The position numbers and the translations under genes were made by a program. A DNA stretch of 64,000 nt from positions 61,628,001 through 61,692,000 of the forward strand of contig OX597827.1 in NCBI GenBank assembly GCA_951406725.2, read 5' to 3'. The stretch's first letter is position 1, and each line of letters begins with the position of its first letter. This stretch comes from Octopus vulgaris (lineage: Eukaryota). This document shows, in pieces, positions 1-12,801 of the stretch. The notes under the pieces are model-generated. The model made no database searches and was not told the origin of the DNA. It saw only the letters and a program-made list of their open reading frames with translations.

Positions 1-89
1 ACATCTCTCTCTCTCTAGCTATCTATCTATCTTGTCTGTCTGTAGAGAGAGAGGGTGGGGAAGAAAGGAGAGAGAGAGGACTTGTGAAG

Positions 90-420
90 GCTTGAGAGTA
101 ATGAAGCTAGCATGCTCCACTGGATGGGTAATGTCAGTGTGCATGCACAACAGGGTGTAAATGATTTAAGAGGAAAACTAGGTAGAAGAGGCCTCAGCTG
201 TTGTGTGCAAGAGAGAAGACTGTGCTGGTTTGGTCATGGATAAGGACAGCTGTGTAAGGGAATGCCAAGCTCTAATTGTGGAGGGTACCTGTAGAAGGGG
301 TAGACCCAGGAAGACGTGGGATGAAGTGGTGAGAAAGGATCTTCTGACGCTGGGCCTCACTGAGGAAATGACAAGGGACCGGAAGATGTGACGATCTGCT
401 GTACCTAATAAGACACATCA
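90..420 (+). mobile_element. RTE-clade LINE 3' remnant
   Basis: Degenerate C-terminal RTE-like peptide VEGTCRRGRPRKTWDEVVRKDL in ORF 203-391; related sequence at 23420-23800. Confidence 0.7.
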
Positions 421-694
421 TGCTAAGTAAACTCGTTGTCTTTCTACACATGCAAGCTTGTTCTTTCTGGCACATAAATAGCACCCAGCACATTCTGCTA
501 AGTGGTTGGCATTATAGGAAGGACATCCAGCCATAGAAACTATGCTACAACAAACAATTGGAGTCTGGACAGCTCTCTGCTAGCCAGCTCCATGTCAAAC
601 CGTCTAACCCATGCCGGTATGGAAAGCGGACATTAAATGATGATGAGGTGTATGTGTCTCTATAGATATATATATATGTATATATGTATAAAAA

Positions 695-932
695 TAAATA
701 AATGTGCCCTTTTAAAGCCTAGCCAGGCTCATGGACCCGGTTTCTCTGGCATATGTGTTCCCCAGCTGGATGGGATGCCAGTCCATCGCAGCGTTACTCA
801 TTTTTGCCAGCTGAGTGGACTGGAGCAACGTGAAATGAAGTGTTTTGCTCAAGAACACAACGCGTCACCCGGTCCAGGAACCACAATCTTACGATCATGA
901 CGCTGACACCCTAACCACTAAGCCATGTGCCT
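695..932 (-). mobile_element. tRNA-derived CORE-like SINE (family D)
   Basis: Reverse complement of the copy at 17582-17830; A/B-box head and TGTGTTCTTGAGCAAAACAC core. Confidence 0.75.
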
Positions 933-963
933 CAACCTATATATATACACACACACACACATG

Positions 964-1000
<37 letters not shown>

Positions 1001-1574
1001 ATGGTGGGTTTCCTTCAGATTCTGTTTACCAAATCCACTCACAAAACTATGGTCTGCTTGAGGCTCCAGTAGAAGTCACTTGCCCAAGATACCATATAGT
1101 AGAACCGAAACTCAATTATTGAGAAGCAAACTTCTTACCACACAGCCATGCCTGTGTCTTTTCATTAATCTATTCTCATGTTTTATCGATCTCTTCACTT
1201 GTTTTGTTAATCTGCTGGTGTCTGTTTTGTTAACGTCTTTGCTTGTTTTGTAAATTTGTTCACCTTTGTTAACTTGTTGGCTCTTGTAGTTCACCTGTTT
1301 TGTTAACCTTTTTTTTTTTTTTAACTACATTTCTGTTGACATACAATCTCTGTTTCAATCAATTTAAATAACAAAGAATTTAGTAAAATAACTTTGTCAT
1401 TAAGCTGGTATTTGCAACACATTAATATGAAATCTTGACAAGTTTTAATTAAGATCATGTCAAAACATGTTTGTATCATTGAATCAGGGTGGTCTGAGGT
1501 AGATTGGTATCAAAAGGCTTACATTAAGTCTCCATCATTACCATCAGCAGTCAGAAGAGATGATATATATATAT

Positions 1575-2412
1575 ACTGGCAGTATAGCCCGGGATTAAGT
1601 TAGGATTATTAAGCTAATCAAGCACTTTGTTTCAAACTAGACTAAGCAACACCGATGTCAAATTTGAGTGAAATCTGTTGAAATTGGTAAACATTTGGCT
1701 GAAAATGGGTTGCAGACAATTTGATTGGGAAATCCCATAAGGAATCAATTTATCAGTTTTTTCCACTCATTGATTTTTTTTTTTTTTTTTGAGAACTTAA
1801 AGCGTTCATAGATCCCATGAGTTCTAAGTAATGCCAGCATCAAGTTCGAACAAAATACGTCAAAATTGGTAAAAGTTACAGTTGAAAATGGGGTGTAGCC
1901 AATTTTAATGGGAAATCCTATAAAGAATCGGTTTATTGATTTTTCACCCTAAATAGGACTTAACTAAACACAACATTGCTGATTCAAAAAAAATCTATAT
2001 TTATACTTTAAAGTTGGTTTTCACACCCAACCCAGTTCTGCAGAATCAGTGTTGCGACGGGAGTGCATGGGTTGGGAGTTTGACTAGCAGAGGTAATGAG
2101 GTTGCACATGCTGGCCCTTTCGAAACCACCAGCCCCAATCATCTAAACCCCCTTGGACCATGGGTTGGGAGCCCTTCCAGCAAGGAAAATAGAATACCCA
2201 AAAGGGCTCCCAATCCTTTGTGTCAGAAGGGGTTAAGTTTGGATCACAACTAAGCCTTAACCTAAGCCCAAGCTAACCTAACAAAAGGGGGCTCAGGGGC
2301 CTCTAAGAGGCTGCGACTAATCCTGATCTAGTTAACCCCTTCTAGGGGTACTATTGGTTAAGGCTGCATTGGAGAAGGTTGCATCAAAGGTTTGCATGCT
2401 ATTATATATATA
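1575..2412 (-). mobile_element. probable non-autonomous Helitron
   Basis: Minus strand starts in a TATATATATAATAGC tract and ends CCGGGCTATACTGCCAG|T (degenerate CTAG); internal direct repeat ~1660-1770 vs ~1840-1945. Confidence 0.4.
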
Positions 2413-2526
2413 TATGCACACAATATATATGTCGCATTCTCTACTGTGTGTATATATATATATATTTGATTTTTGATTTTGATTTTTCCAGTTTCAGCTA
2501 ATGAGCTGTGGCCATGCTGGGGCTCC

Positions 2527-2575
<49 letters not shown>

Positions 2576-2639
2576 TTATTTATTTAATAACGAACCATGT
2601 AATTCACACTGGAAAATTTTTTTCTGTAAAAATGTTGGG

Positions 2640-2990
2640 AATGGGTAAAATTTCTGAGGCTTCCACCTCACCCCACCCCATTTTTCGGACCCCATCCAAA
2701 AGGGTTTTGTAGCATATTAGGAGGTCACAGGAATTAATTCCACAAAAAAAAAAAAAACTCCTAACGACTCCGGAATTTGCAGCATACTAAGGTCAGGGTA
2801 CTTGATTTCACGCAAAAAAATCCAATTTTTATTCTTTGTGTTTAGTGAAAATTATGTGGGTGGAAAGATCAGGGGCGGGGGGTAATGGGTGAAATTTCCA
2901 AGGATTCCACCTCACCCCACCCCATTTTTCGGACTCCCCCCCCCCAAAGGGTTTTGTAGCATATTAGGAAGTCACAGGAATTCATTCAAT
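2640..2990. repeat. two ~100-bp direct repeats
   Basis: AATGGGT..AATTTC..TTCCACCTCACCCCACCCCATTTTTCGGAC..CATATTAGGA.GTCACAGGAATT at ~2640-2740 and ~2884-2990. Confidence 0.8.
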
Positions 2991-3214
2991 GAAAAAAAGA
3001 AAGAAGGCTAAAACAATGTAAAGTGCATTGTGACCAGCGATGTGTAACAACATCTGATAGCCTGGTCGGTCATGGTGATATGATGGAAGCAGAGCTGTTT
3101 TCAGCCTGGTATCAAAAGAGTTAAACTGTTTACTTGTTTTGTTAATAGAACATCTTACAGTCTCACCTTTTGCATTGTTGCTAATGTCATTGTTTTACTG
3201 TTCCTCTTTCACAG

Positions 3215-3431
3215 CAACCATGTTTTAACGGAAGATGTGATTTCACGGGAGATTGTCAACCAGAAGCTCCACACCAAGCGGTTGTTAACCAAGACAAACC
3301 CTGTGCCAAAATGGGGTGAAAGATTCGTATCACGGGCGCGTCATGTATGCATTGTTGAAGAATCCATTATTGATCCTGTTGCCAAAACTGTTATCACATA
3401 CACCAGAAATATTGGATTGCAGAGAATTATG
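3215..3431 (+). CDS. PRELID1: PRELI domain-containing protein 1, internal coding exon (first coding exon not found in window)
   Basis: Pyrimidine tract + CAG (AG 3213-3214); translates NHVLTEDVISREIVNQKLHTKRLLTKTN..EESIIDP..TYTRNIGLQRIM, matching the PRELI/Ups1 domain; donor ATG|GTAAAA at 3432. Confidence 0.93.
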
Positions 3432-3479
3432 GTAAAATTCCTTATTATTGATCTCCAGTCAAATCTTAAACTTTGAGGG

Positions 3480-4160
3480 CTTCTCCCCCTATCATATGTT
3501 TTCCTGAGGAAAGGCCTTCCTTTACTAGATTTTCTTGGTTTTGAATTGTCATCGATGCTTCTGTAACTCTATGCAAACCCATTTTTACATCTGAGGATAA
3601 GGTGATCCCTATTAATTTGGTCCCTATCTCTTAACAGTGTTAATCTCTGCGACAATTTCATCTCAATCGAAGGAGAGGGGCTTTCTCCGTCCAGGTTGCG
3701 GATCCGTGGAATAAACTGCTGGACGAGATAGTGAAGATGCCGACGACCGCTCGGTTCAAAGTCTCTCTTGACCAGGAACACCCTCCCTGTACATAACTCT
3801 ATGTCCCCTTACATGGCCTTGCTTTTTGAGCCAAAAAATTAACTTAACACTTTAGTATTTAAACTGGCCAAATTTAGTCAAAATATTCTATCTATTTTAT
3901 TTTCAAAGCAACCAGATTGAGTCTCTCACACCTACTCTACAATGTCATTCAAAAAATATAGTCACATCAAAATCTTGACGGTACAGGATAATGTCTGATT
4001 AATTGAAAACAATGTCAAATAAGAATTATAATACAATTTAATCTGAATGCTAAGGGGTTAACCTGTCCAGTATGATGGGGATGGGGGTGGCCTACCAGGA
4101 GCTTGCACTCCTCTGGCATAGCTCTTATGACCATTGACGCACACAAACCAACACCCAACA
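3480..4160 (-). mobile_element. bipartite RTE-derived element split by a CR1 fragment and a TTAA MITE
   Basis: 3480-3635 and 4058-4160 align by eye with the contiguous copy at 12945-13195. Confidence 0.6.
3640..3848 (+). mobile_element. CR1-like LINE 3' end
   Basis: Translates LNRRRGAFSVQVADPWNKLLDEIVKMPTTARFKVSLDQ (CR1 C-terminal FS.RV..WN.LP...FK..LD pattern); ends in a TTAAC-type tail. Confidence 0.7.
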
Positions 4161-5231
4161 ATAAAGATTGGACTCTATGGTGGGACTGTCCTTATGGGGT
4201 TAACCCAAATGGAAGTTGTATCTTGTGGATGTATGTACAATGAAATACTTGTCGGATGTTGTAATGTGGATCCAACATCATTTCATTATGTGACTGACCA
4301 GGCTATTAGATGTTACTTATCGCTGGTCACAATGCGTTTACATCGTTTTAACCTTCAAATAATGCCACTCCAACGACTAGGCAACCAGGCCAACACTCCT
4401 CCCCCCACTGCTGATCGAAAAGGGGTACTGGAGCAATGTGAAATGAAGTGTTTTTGCTCAAGGAAAGAATATGCTGCCTGGTCCGTGAATTGAACTCTCA
4501 ATATGGGTTTATGTTTATGTGGTAGATAAATGGTAGTGTGTCATTTCTGAAGTGAAGCAGTAAGGTTCTACTGTTCCAGTATAAATATGCAAATTTTAAT
4601 TGTAAATTTGTATAAATATAACATAAGGTTTTAGAAAATCCTTAGTGTTGTTGTTTAGCCCCAGATTAGCTCTAATTGAGCAATGTAAAGTATTCCAGCC
4701 ATAACCATCCTGTTTAGTTTTGTTTTGTTTTTTTCCCCTATGTGCTAGGAACCCAGTACCATGCTTCCCCGGTATGTCCTTTTCTAAGAGAGAAGGGTGT
4801 GTGATTTGAGGGAGACTAGTCTGCTATTTCTAACAGATCAAGCAACCATGTAATGACTCTTTTGACTCTTCAGCTAGCAGAATCATTAGCATGCTGGATG
4901 AAATGCTTAACAGTATTTCGCCCGTCGCTATATTCTAAGTTCAAGTTCCGCCAAGATCAACTTTGCATTTCATCCTTTCCGGGTTGATAAATTAAATACC
5001 AGTGAAACACTGGGTTCAATGTAATCGACTAGTTCCCCTCAAAAAAATTTCAGGCCTTGTGCCTTTAGTAAAAAGGGATTCTTATGGTATTGTACACAAA
5101 AGTTATTTTGCATCTTTTAATTTTTTAAAAAAAAACTTTTTTGAAATTTTTCGGTTGAAATACCCTACCTTTTGTTTACATGTTTCAAGATTATTTATTT
5201 TTCCTTTTAAATGTTTTTTTCTTCTGGTCAG

Positions 5232-5576
5232 CAATTGGAAGAAAAATGCGTCTATCGCACCAGTGCTGATAACACTAGATGGACAGTGTGTGAAAGATGG
5301 GCCTACATCAACTCGAGCATCTTTGGATTTTCACGTGCCATCCAAGTCTTCGCACTTGAGCGCTACAAAAAGAACGTGCAGAAGACACAGAAGGGTTTCG
5401 AACACATCCTCTCTCGGTTGTACATCATGCACGATCCGTCACACAGCAGCAGCACAGACACAATATCTCGTGTGCACGGCGGCAAAGAAGGGAAACAGAA
5501 ATTGAAAGAGACTGCACGAAAGGCCACAGAACTTGCACAACGTCCTGTCTTGTCCACGCCTGGCCAAATATCTTGA
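5232..5576 (+). CDS. PRELID1: PRELID1 terminal coding exon
   Basis: Acceptor AG 5230-5231, phase 0 as required; QLEEKCVYR..WAYINSSIFGFSRAIQVFALERYKKNVQKTQKGFEHIL plus LEA-like KEGKQKLKETARKATELA; TGA at 5574-5576. Confidence 0.93.
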   Translation, partial: QLEEKCVYRTSADNTRWTVCERWAYINSSIFGFSRAIQVFALERYKKNVQKTQKGFEHILSRLYIMHDPSHSSSTDTISRVHGGKEGKQKLKETARKATELAQRPVLSTPGQIS

Positions 5577-6895
5577 TGACATTTCATCCCAAAGAGATGG
5601 GTAGTTGGGCAAGGCTAAAACCAAAACACTCCATGTCTTCAAACAGATAAAAAAAAAAGGAACCCAGCCTGCACAAATTTATTAAGAAATTGCTAAAAAA
5701 AAAAAGGTAGGGATTGCACAGGGTTGGGAACTGCAAACAAAGGATATAAGAAGCAAAAAACATTTATGGTTACAGACGAGGCAAATTATCATTTAAAAAA
5801 AATTTTTAAGAGGCTAGTTTAGTCAAGTGGGTGGCTTGACTCTAGTATATTACAGATACTTAATTTATCAATTTTTGATCACATTCTTTTCATTCATCTT
5901 CTTCTGGTCTTGTTAAATATGTACCAGTAATGTACTGGTTTCTGATCAGTTGACCGTAACTTCACCTTTTCCTTGCAAAAAAAAAACAAGTTGATCTTGT
6001 GGAAAGAAATATATTTATGTGTCATGGGGGTGAGTTGATTCATTCATGCAAGAGGTGACTTGAATGCATTTTTGTATTTTGTGTTCCATTCCTCCATAAG
6101 AATAACAACACTAACATCTTTGATTTAGTTGACTGCCATTTCACATTTCACATTCTCCAATTTGACCGTGTTGTGTTTGTGTTCTTTCCGTGGCACAAAG
6201 TGCTGGGTAGCGGCGCATGTAAAATGGCTGTGAACAGCACTTGAAACAAGTTCTTGCATTCAGTTTGACAAGAAGTTAATACTACATCAGTGCTTGTGCC
6301 AGAAAGTGCCATCTTCTTATTCTTCAATCGTACACAAAACCAATTATTTCTTGTTCATTTGAATCGACTTACTGTTCTTACTCTTAGTTATTTTATCAAC
6401 CTCATCACTTGGGTGGTGGGGCAGTGCGGGGGGGGGGGGGTATGTGTTTACTAAAATGCATTGTCAGATCTGGCTGGATTTGAACTCAAAACTGAGAGGC
6501 AAGAAACAAAATATTGTATCTTGCTTTTCCGATGCAGCAATGCAGCATGGTGCCTTTTCTGTCACTCTTCTGTGTTGGTCTTTTCCATTGCCCTTCCCAT
6601 GGGGGAAAAATATAAGGAAAGCAACACAATTTTTAAGCGGGAACCTTCGAGTGGCAGTCTCTCAGACTACTAGAAACATCAGCTGGATCTCAAAATTCAC
6701 ACCTGCTGTCTTGAAAAAAAGAGTAAGATGCATGAAATACAAAAATACAATGTGGTCATAGGTTCAGTTAGGGCTAAACAATAACAAGATTGATAATTTC
6801 TTAGATAGAAAAAAAAACTTCAGATTTATCAGGGGAAGGGAAATGCTTTTACTGTGTGAAGAGTTTTAGTACCAAATACTGTCATGTGAAGCAGT

Positions 6896-7214
6896 TTAAC
6901 CCTTTTGACACCAACCTGCTTGAGACCTCCTTGGTTCTCAGATGCAAATTTCCTGCTTTAAAGTCACCTAAATTAAAACCTTCCCTCAATATTTCTTGTT
7001 AATATATGTTCTAAACCAGGTTATTAATGATAAATAATCTTGAAAATACTGAAGAATTTTGTAAAATAACTTCATCATTATTAAGCTGATATTTCAAACT
7101 TAGATTAACATAAAATTTGGATGGTTAAGTTTTAATTTAGATCGTTTTAAAACAGACAGTTTGTGTTGTAGAACCAGAATGCAGTTTCAAGTGAGTCGGA
7201 ATCAAAAGGGTTAA
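6896..7214. mobile_element. TTAA-flanked (piggyBac-like) MITE
   Basis: TTAA|CCCTTTTGA ... TCAAAAGGG|TTAA termini. Confidence 0.7.
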
Positions 7215-8944
7215 AAACAATATGAGCCTAGTTATAGACTAGGACTAATCAAATGAGTACTTGTACTCATAGCCTTTACTGTTTGTGCCTCGGAAAGAAA
7301 TCTTTACCAGTATTGCTTCACACCAAAGTTGGTCTTGTCTGAATGGTAATAATGAAGTTAAAGTGGTTGAGGTGATGGTAGTGGTAGTTCGTGCTGTTGT
7401 ATAGAACCCAATGGAATTACAGAGCTATGTGATATATTGAGCCCTTCCCCCACTCCCAACCAAAAAATAAAAAAAAAACTATGCCCCACCATCTAGATAC
7501 TGCAGTTACTGATTGGTTCCAAAATCAACATTCCTCTAGGCACCTTTTTGCTGCACTTGAGCCCAAGGTCACTGAACTCTTTATTCTAATATGAACATGA
7601 TTGGCCAAGTTGGCTGTTTGACATCTTTATCCATTTCATATGAGCTGAGTTCATTGCTTGGCACCATGTTGGGTTAAGAACATTTCGAGATTGATGGATG
7701 GAAATATTGTTAAATGTATGTATGAATTAAATGTCCGAGACAAGTTGTTGTTAATAAGATTATAATTTTTCAGACTAATTAACTTCATTCTTTAAAGTTG
7801 AAAAATATATATTTTTTCTTCACTTTGCTTTGACTTGATCTAGGATCCTCATCAGGTGTCTTATTCTTGAATGTATACTTAGTCCCAAACTAAGGGTCAT
7901 TTTCCTAATCATCATCCTATGATGCACCTGGACATATCATCATTGATGTTTCCTGTGCTCGTTAGGTGTTTCAGGTCTTTCGACATCAGACATCCCCATC
8001 CAGGGTTGATCAAGCCTCAGTTCATGTCCAGTTAGCACTGCTCCTTCCAGGGCTCACGCCTTCTAACTCACAGCACTTTGCAGCAACCTCTGCTGCCTCC
8101 ACAGCTGACCCGATTGCCTTCTGCCTACTGGCCCCTATGATGCCAAACTTGGAACCTCTGGAGAGAAGCTTGCCTGCTTCCTACCTCGACGAGATCACAC
8201 CTTTGTTCCTGCTCATTGCTTTGGCATATCTCCACCCAACATCTCAGCATATTTTCTTTAGACCACTAACATTTTAATCCATTCTGGTGCTCTGTGTACA
8301 TCCAGGATGAGAGCACCTGATGACAATCAAAGATTAATCAAATCAAAATGTAGTGTAAATGAAAGTAATGCTCATCTCTAAAGACAAAAGTTAATAGTGT
8401 GTGTTTGTGTTCATGTGTGCTTTTGCATTATTTGTTTTCATACCTATAAAATCATTGAAACACCCAATTGTCCAGTTCAGTTTTTGTTTTCTTTTAATAA
8501 TCTAACAACATAGTATGATGTATATATAGGAATGTTTGGCCCTCGGACATGGGGACAATGGTTAAGGAGTTATTTTTACAACTGTTAGGCTTTGTTCAGA
8601 TCCACTGTGTATCGCTTTGGTCCACCATCACACTGAAGGATTACATTAAGGGTACTGGTGTCTGTGGAATATTCAGCCACTCACACTATAACTCAATCAA
8701 TAAATAGTTTAGTGCTTCAACGACTGGAATACTTGTTGAAAATGTGAGAGGAAAGCAGAAAACAGATAAGCTTAGTGGTGGGAGGGTTATGCAGCAACCA
8801 CTTAAGTCGGAGGTGGCAATTCCTAATTGTCAGTTCACAGCTGTAAGCAGTGTCAGTCATTGAAAAACTGAAAGCAAGCTTCATTAGCTTACTGTATTAG
8901 GCCCAGGTCTTCTTTCACAAATACATTCCTCTCACCCTACCCAT

Positions 8945-9203
8945 AATTCACAACATGAGGAAGAGCTTGTCTCCAACGGTAACCCTCAATTCACTATATG
9001 CATGAAGACCTCATTTTCTGTGCTAACTCTCAATTCAAATTGTGAGGAAGACTTGGTCTTCAATGATAACCTACTATTCACTACATGAGAAAGACTCTGT
9101 CTTCTTTGCTAATTCTCAATTCACTATGTTAGGAGGACTTGTTTTACACTGGTAACCTTTAAATTCACTACACAAAAACGGCCAAGTTTTCATTGATAAC
9201 CCA
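8945..9203. repeat. ~6 degenerate 43-44-bp tandem units
   Basis: Units AATTCACTA.ATGAGGAAGAC...GTCTTC...G.TAAC.CTC counted by hand. Confidence 0.85.
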
Positions 9204-9260
9204 AACTGAGCTACAGGACTGATTAATCTCTGTTAAAAAAAAAAAAAACTATGAAAATTC

Positions 9261-9266
9261 AATAAA
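9261..9266 (+). promoter_or_regulatory. candidate polyadenylation signal of PRELID1 (long 3' UTR)
   Basis: AATAAA downstream of the last exon; one of several candidates, no transcript data. Confidence 0.25.
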
Positions 9267-9859
9267 AGCAGGTAATTTGCAGTTTGATACTATGATAAAT
9301 ACTGAGATATAGGATTCGTGACTTTTAGAATTTAAATTTCAGTTTTGATGCAGCCTACAAAGTTATGTTTTTTAACATACCATATGCATTTGTGTGTGTG
9401 TGTGTTTATACACACACTCACACATATATAGTAAACTCATCAGAAAAAGTGAAAAATCCAGTATTTCTGACACAGTTGATCTCCAGGGAAATGTTAACGG
9501 GAGAGAAATCAAAGAGAGATTAATTAATAATTACATACTAAAACAATTATCAGCCACATCCTCTGAGGATCATTTTAATGTATAATGATTATTACTGACC
9601 AGGCAGATGATCATAATGAAGCTTATGAAATACCAACTGTTTGTTTTCTCATTGTTTTTTTCTTCTTTTATACTGTATGTTACTTTGCCAACTAAATAAC
9701 AGCCCTAATCCATATCAATGCACCACAGATAGTATTCTATAGCAGTGGATGTTTAATGTAGGAATTGTTCTAGCCCCAACATTCTATGGTAATTTGTTAT
9801 GTATTAATGCTTCTGCTTATATATATATATATATATACACACACATTCACACTCATATA

Positions 9860-10370
9860 CCGTAAATCCTTAAGTATAATCCGCATTTTTTCCCCAAAAT
9901 TTAAAGGTCAAAATCCCTAGTGCATACTATATACGAGGTTAAAAATGAAAATTATTTTCTTAGCAATGTCCGAGTCTCTATTTGCTGTCTGGCTGTGTTT
10001 ATTCAGACGCATTTTGTGATGTCGGGGTGCGAAAATACCTTAAGCTAAGCCTGAAAGCAATGAAGTCATAAAAAAATCATCCGTAACTTGCAGTAACCAA
10101 TATTTATTAAACGTTATTACTGTTATTTCTTTATTTTCTGCAAACAAAATGCACAAAAAAGCTACACGTTTGCATTATATTATATATACAATAATAATAA
10201 AGGACGTTACCGTATACAGTTTTACAAACCAAGGACGTTATATAGACCTTGACTCAAGTTAGAGAAGGGGTGCATATTATACACAAGGTTTAGGTTTTTC
10301 CAGAGGTACAGCCCCCTAAAAATCCTCTGCGTATTATACTCAAGGGCAGACTATACTCGAGGATTTATGG
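9860..10370. mobile_element. Tc1/mariner-pogo type MITE, TA TSD
   Basis: TA|CCGTAAATCCT..AGTATA ... TATACTCGAGGATTTATGG|TA; same family at 30427, 51014 and 58390. Confidence 0.85.
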
Positions 10371-12801
10371 TATATATTTTTAAACAATATTGTTCACAGT
10401 GACTTTGAAATTTTCAGCCAGTGAAACCATCATCAGACTGCCAATGATGGCTTAACTGGGCAAAACTTTGAAGTTACTGTCAACGATATTCTTGTTTAAG
10501 AATAAATTTGTATTCTCCAAAAGTATAGAGTAACCCTAAGGTTAATGTAAAATTGTTTTTATTATAACTAAACATAGAAATAAGCAATATATATGTGTGT
10601 GTATGTATGTATGTATATGTGTATATAATATATATATATATGTACGATACATATATAGGGTAGCGAATATTCTTAGAAATATCACCACCAGTGGCCTAGC
10701 ATGTATAAATAGTTAATAGACAATATATTCTCAATAAAAATTTAAGAGAAAACTACCCTTTAACAGGTATTTTTTAACCGCAAAAAATAACAAGCTAAAA
10801 GTTTTTATTTTTCATTTACTTCATAAATTGCTAATAAATGTGGTTTTGGTCATTTTTGACTGCTTCTTCTAGCATGTAAGAATTACCTGTTAAAGGGTAG
10901 TTTTCTTTTGCGTTTAAATGTACACTATTTTATATTGAGTATATATGGAGATAGATACAACTGTATCTACACACATCTGGATTTACAAATTGGAGAGAAA
11001 ATAAGGTGATCATGCATGAAAAGCATTTATTCATTTAATTGAAATTAATGCTTCTCTCCAATTTCACTATTCCAACTTCTGTGGAAAAGTAGGATCCTGG
11101 AAACGCACACTGTATGACAAAGAGAGAACTCACAAAATGCATCAAATAAGAGTATACGATTTATATGTGTGTGTGTTAAAAATAAATAACATCGTCAATC
11201 AGTAGATGATTGATCTCATAAAAATCAGAATATCATAGATTTTTTTTGTTTTGTTTTTTATTGCACTGATTGGAAATTACGTTTGGGTTTACATAACTGT
11301 AACTAGCAAAATTTATACAAATAAAAATAACTTCAAAAATTAATTGAATTTTATTATTACACTTGTCATTATGGAAATATCAAATTAATAGACCAAATCG
11401 TAATAGTATTATCCTATATACTAAGCAAAAAGTTCTGTTATCCTTTTTGCCCATTATGCTACTTGAGTTTCGGTATACCCTAGTCAGTTGGTGACCCCTT
11501 GATCTGATATAAATTTCTGTTGCATAATAGAATTTGGACCTATACACACACACACAGATGATGTCTATTGAAACTGAATATAGTAAATCTTTCCTGACAG
11601 ACCAACAGTGGAATAAAATACAATGTTGAGGATTTGAACTTGGGTTATTAATCAGTGAAATTGTTGCTCATTGTGTTACCATCTGTGCCACCATTACAGA
11701 CCAGATAATATCACAATAAATTGTATAAATGATGGTTTTAAATTTTGGCTGGGGGCCAGCTATTTCAGGGTAGAGGGTAAGTTGATTACATCGGTCCCAG
11801 TACTCAATTAGCACTTATTTATTGACTCCAAAAGGTTGAAAGGCAAAGTCGACCTCAGCAGAATTTGAACTCAGAATGTAAAGATGGATAAGATGCCACT
11901 GAGCATCTTGTCCAACATTCCAACAATTCTGCCATCTTGCTGCTTTAAACCCTTTAACTTTTAAACTAGGCATATCTGGCCCTAATATTCTACTTGTTTT
12001 ACTTCAACCTGGCTATATCTGGCCTCTCATTTCGTTCCTACTCTAGGAACAAGGCCCAATATTTTTGGGGAAAGGTCCAGTCGATTAGATCGACCCCAGT
12101 ATGCAACTGGGACTTAATTTGTCGACCCCGAAAGGATGATAGGCAAAGTCGACCTCAGCGGAATTTGAACTCAGAACATAAAGAGAGACAAAATACAGCT
12201 AAGCATTTTGCCCTGTGTGCTAAAGTTTCTGCCAGCTCACCGCCTTAATATCTGGCCTCTCGTACTTACACTACAATGTTATTCTGAAAATAATCTCAAA
12301 GCTGTAAGATAATGTATGCTTAATTTAAAACAATGTGAATAAATAAGCATTACATTTGATAGAATAATCTGAATGCTAAAGGATTAATAACAATAATAAT
12401 AATGGCTTCAAATTTTGGCACAAGGCCACTAATTTTAGACTGTGTAGGTTAGTTGCATTTCACCCGGCGTACTAACGTTTCTGTCAGCTCGCCGCCTTAA
12501 TATATATTGAACCCATCTCCCTTCAGGTCTGGTTCAGTAGATTTCTTCTGGAGGGACAGAAGATGACTTGCCCCCTGATATTGATATTTTATTCATCATT
12601 TCCACAGGGATGAAACCACCACTGGGTCTAGTTTTAGTGTAGTGTGTAGAGACTAGCACGCTATAGTCTCTGCTTTACAGACAGGATTTCTCACTACCTT
12701 TTCTATCAATACTATATCAGCTTCTGCTCCTAAAAGATAGGTGAGCTTGTTGATATTCACCCCAGCTATCTGCACTTTGAGGCTATATCCTACAGGGGTC
12801 A

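Noticed and set aside
3564-3803. TAACTCTATG repeated at 3564-3573 and 3794-3803, looking like a TSD
   Set aside because: Homology to the 12945-13195 copy continues past the first repeat to ~3635, so the insertion point is elsewhere; probably coincidence.
5002-5505. 167-aa ORF overlapping PRELID1
   Set aside because: Starts in a SINE and intron and runs in an alternative frame of the real exon; no recognisable protein.
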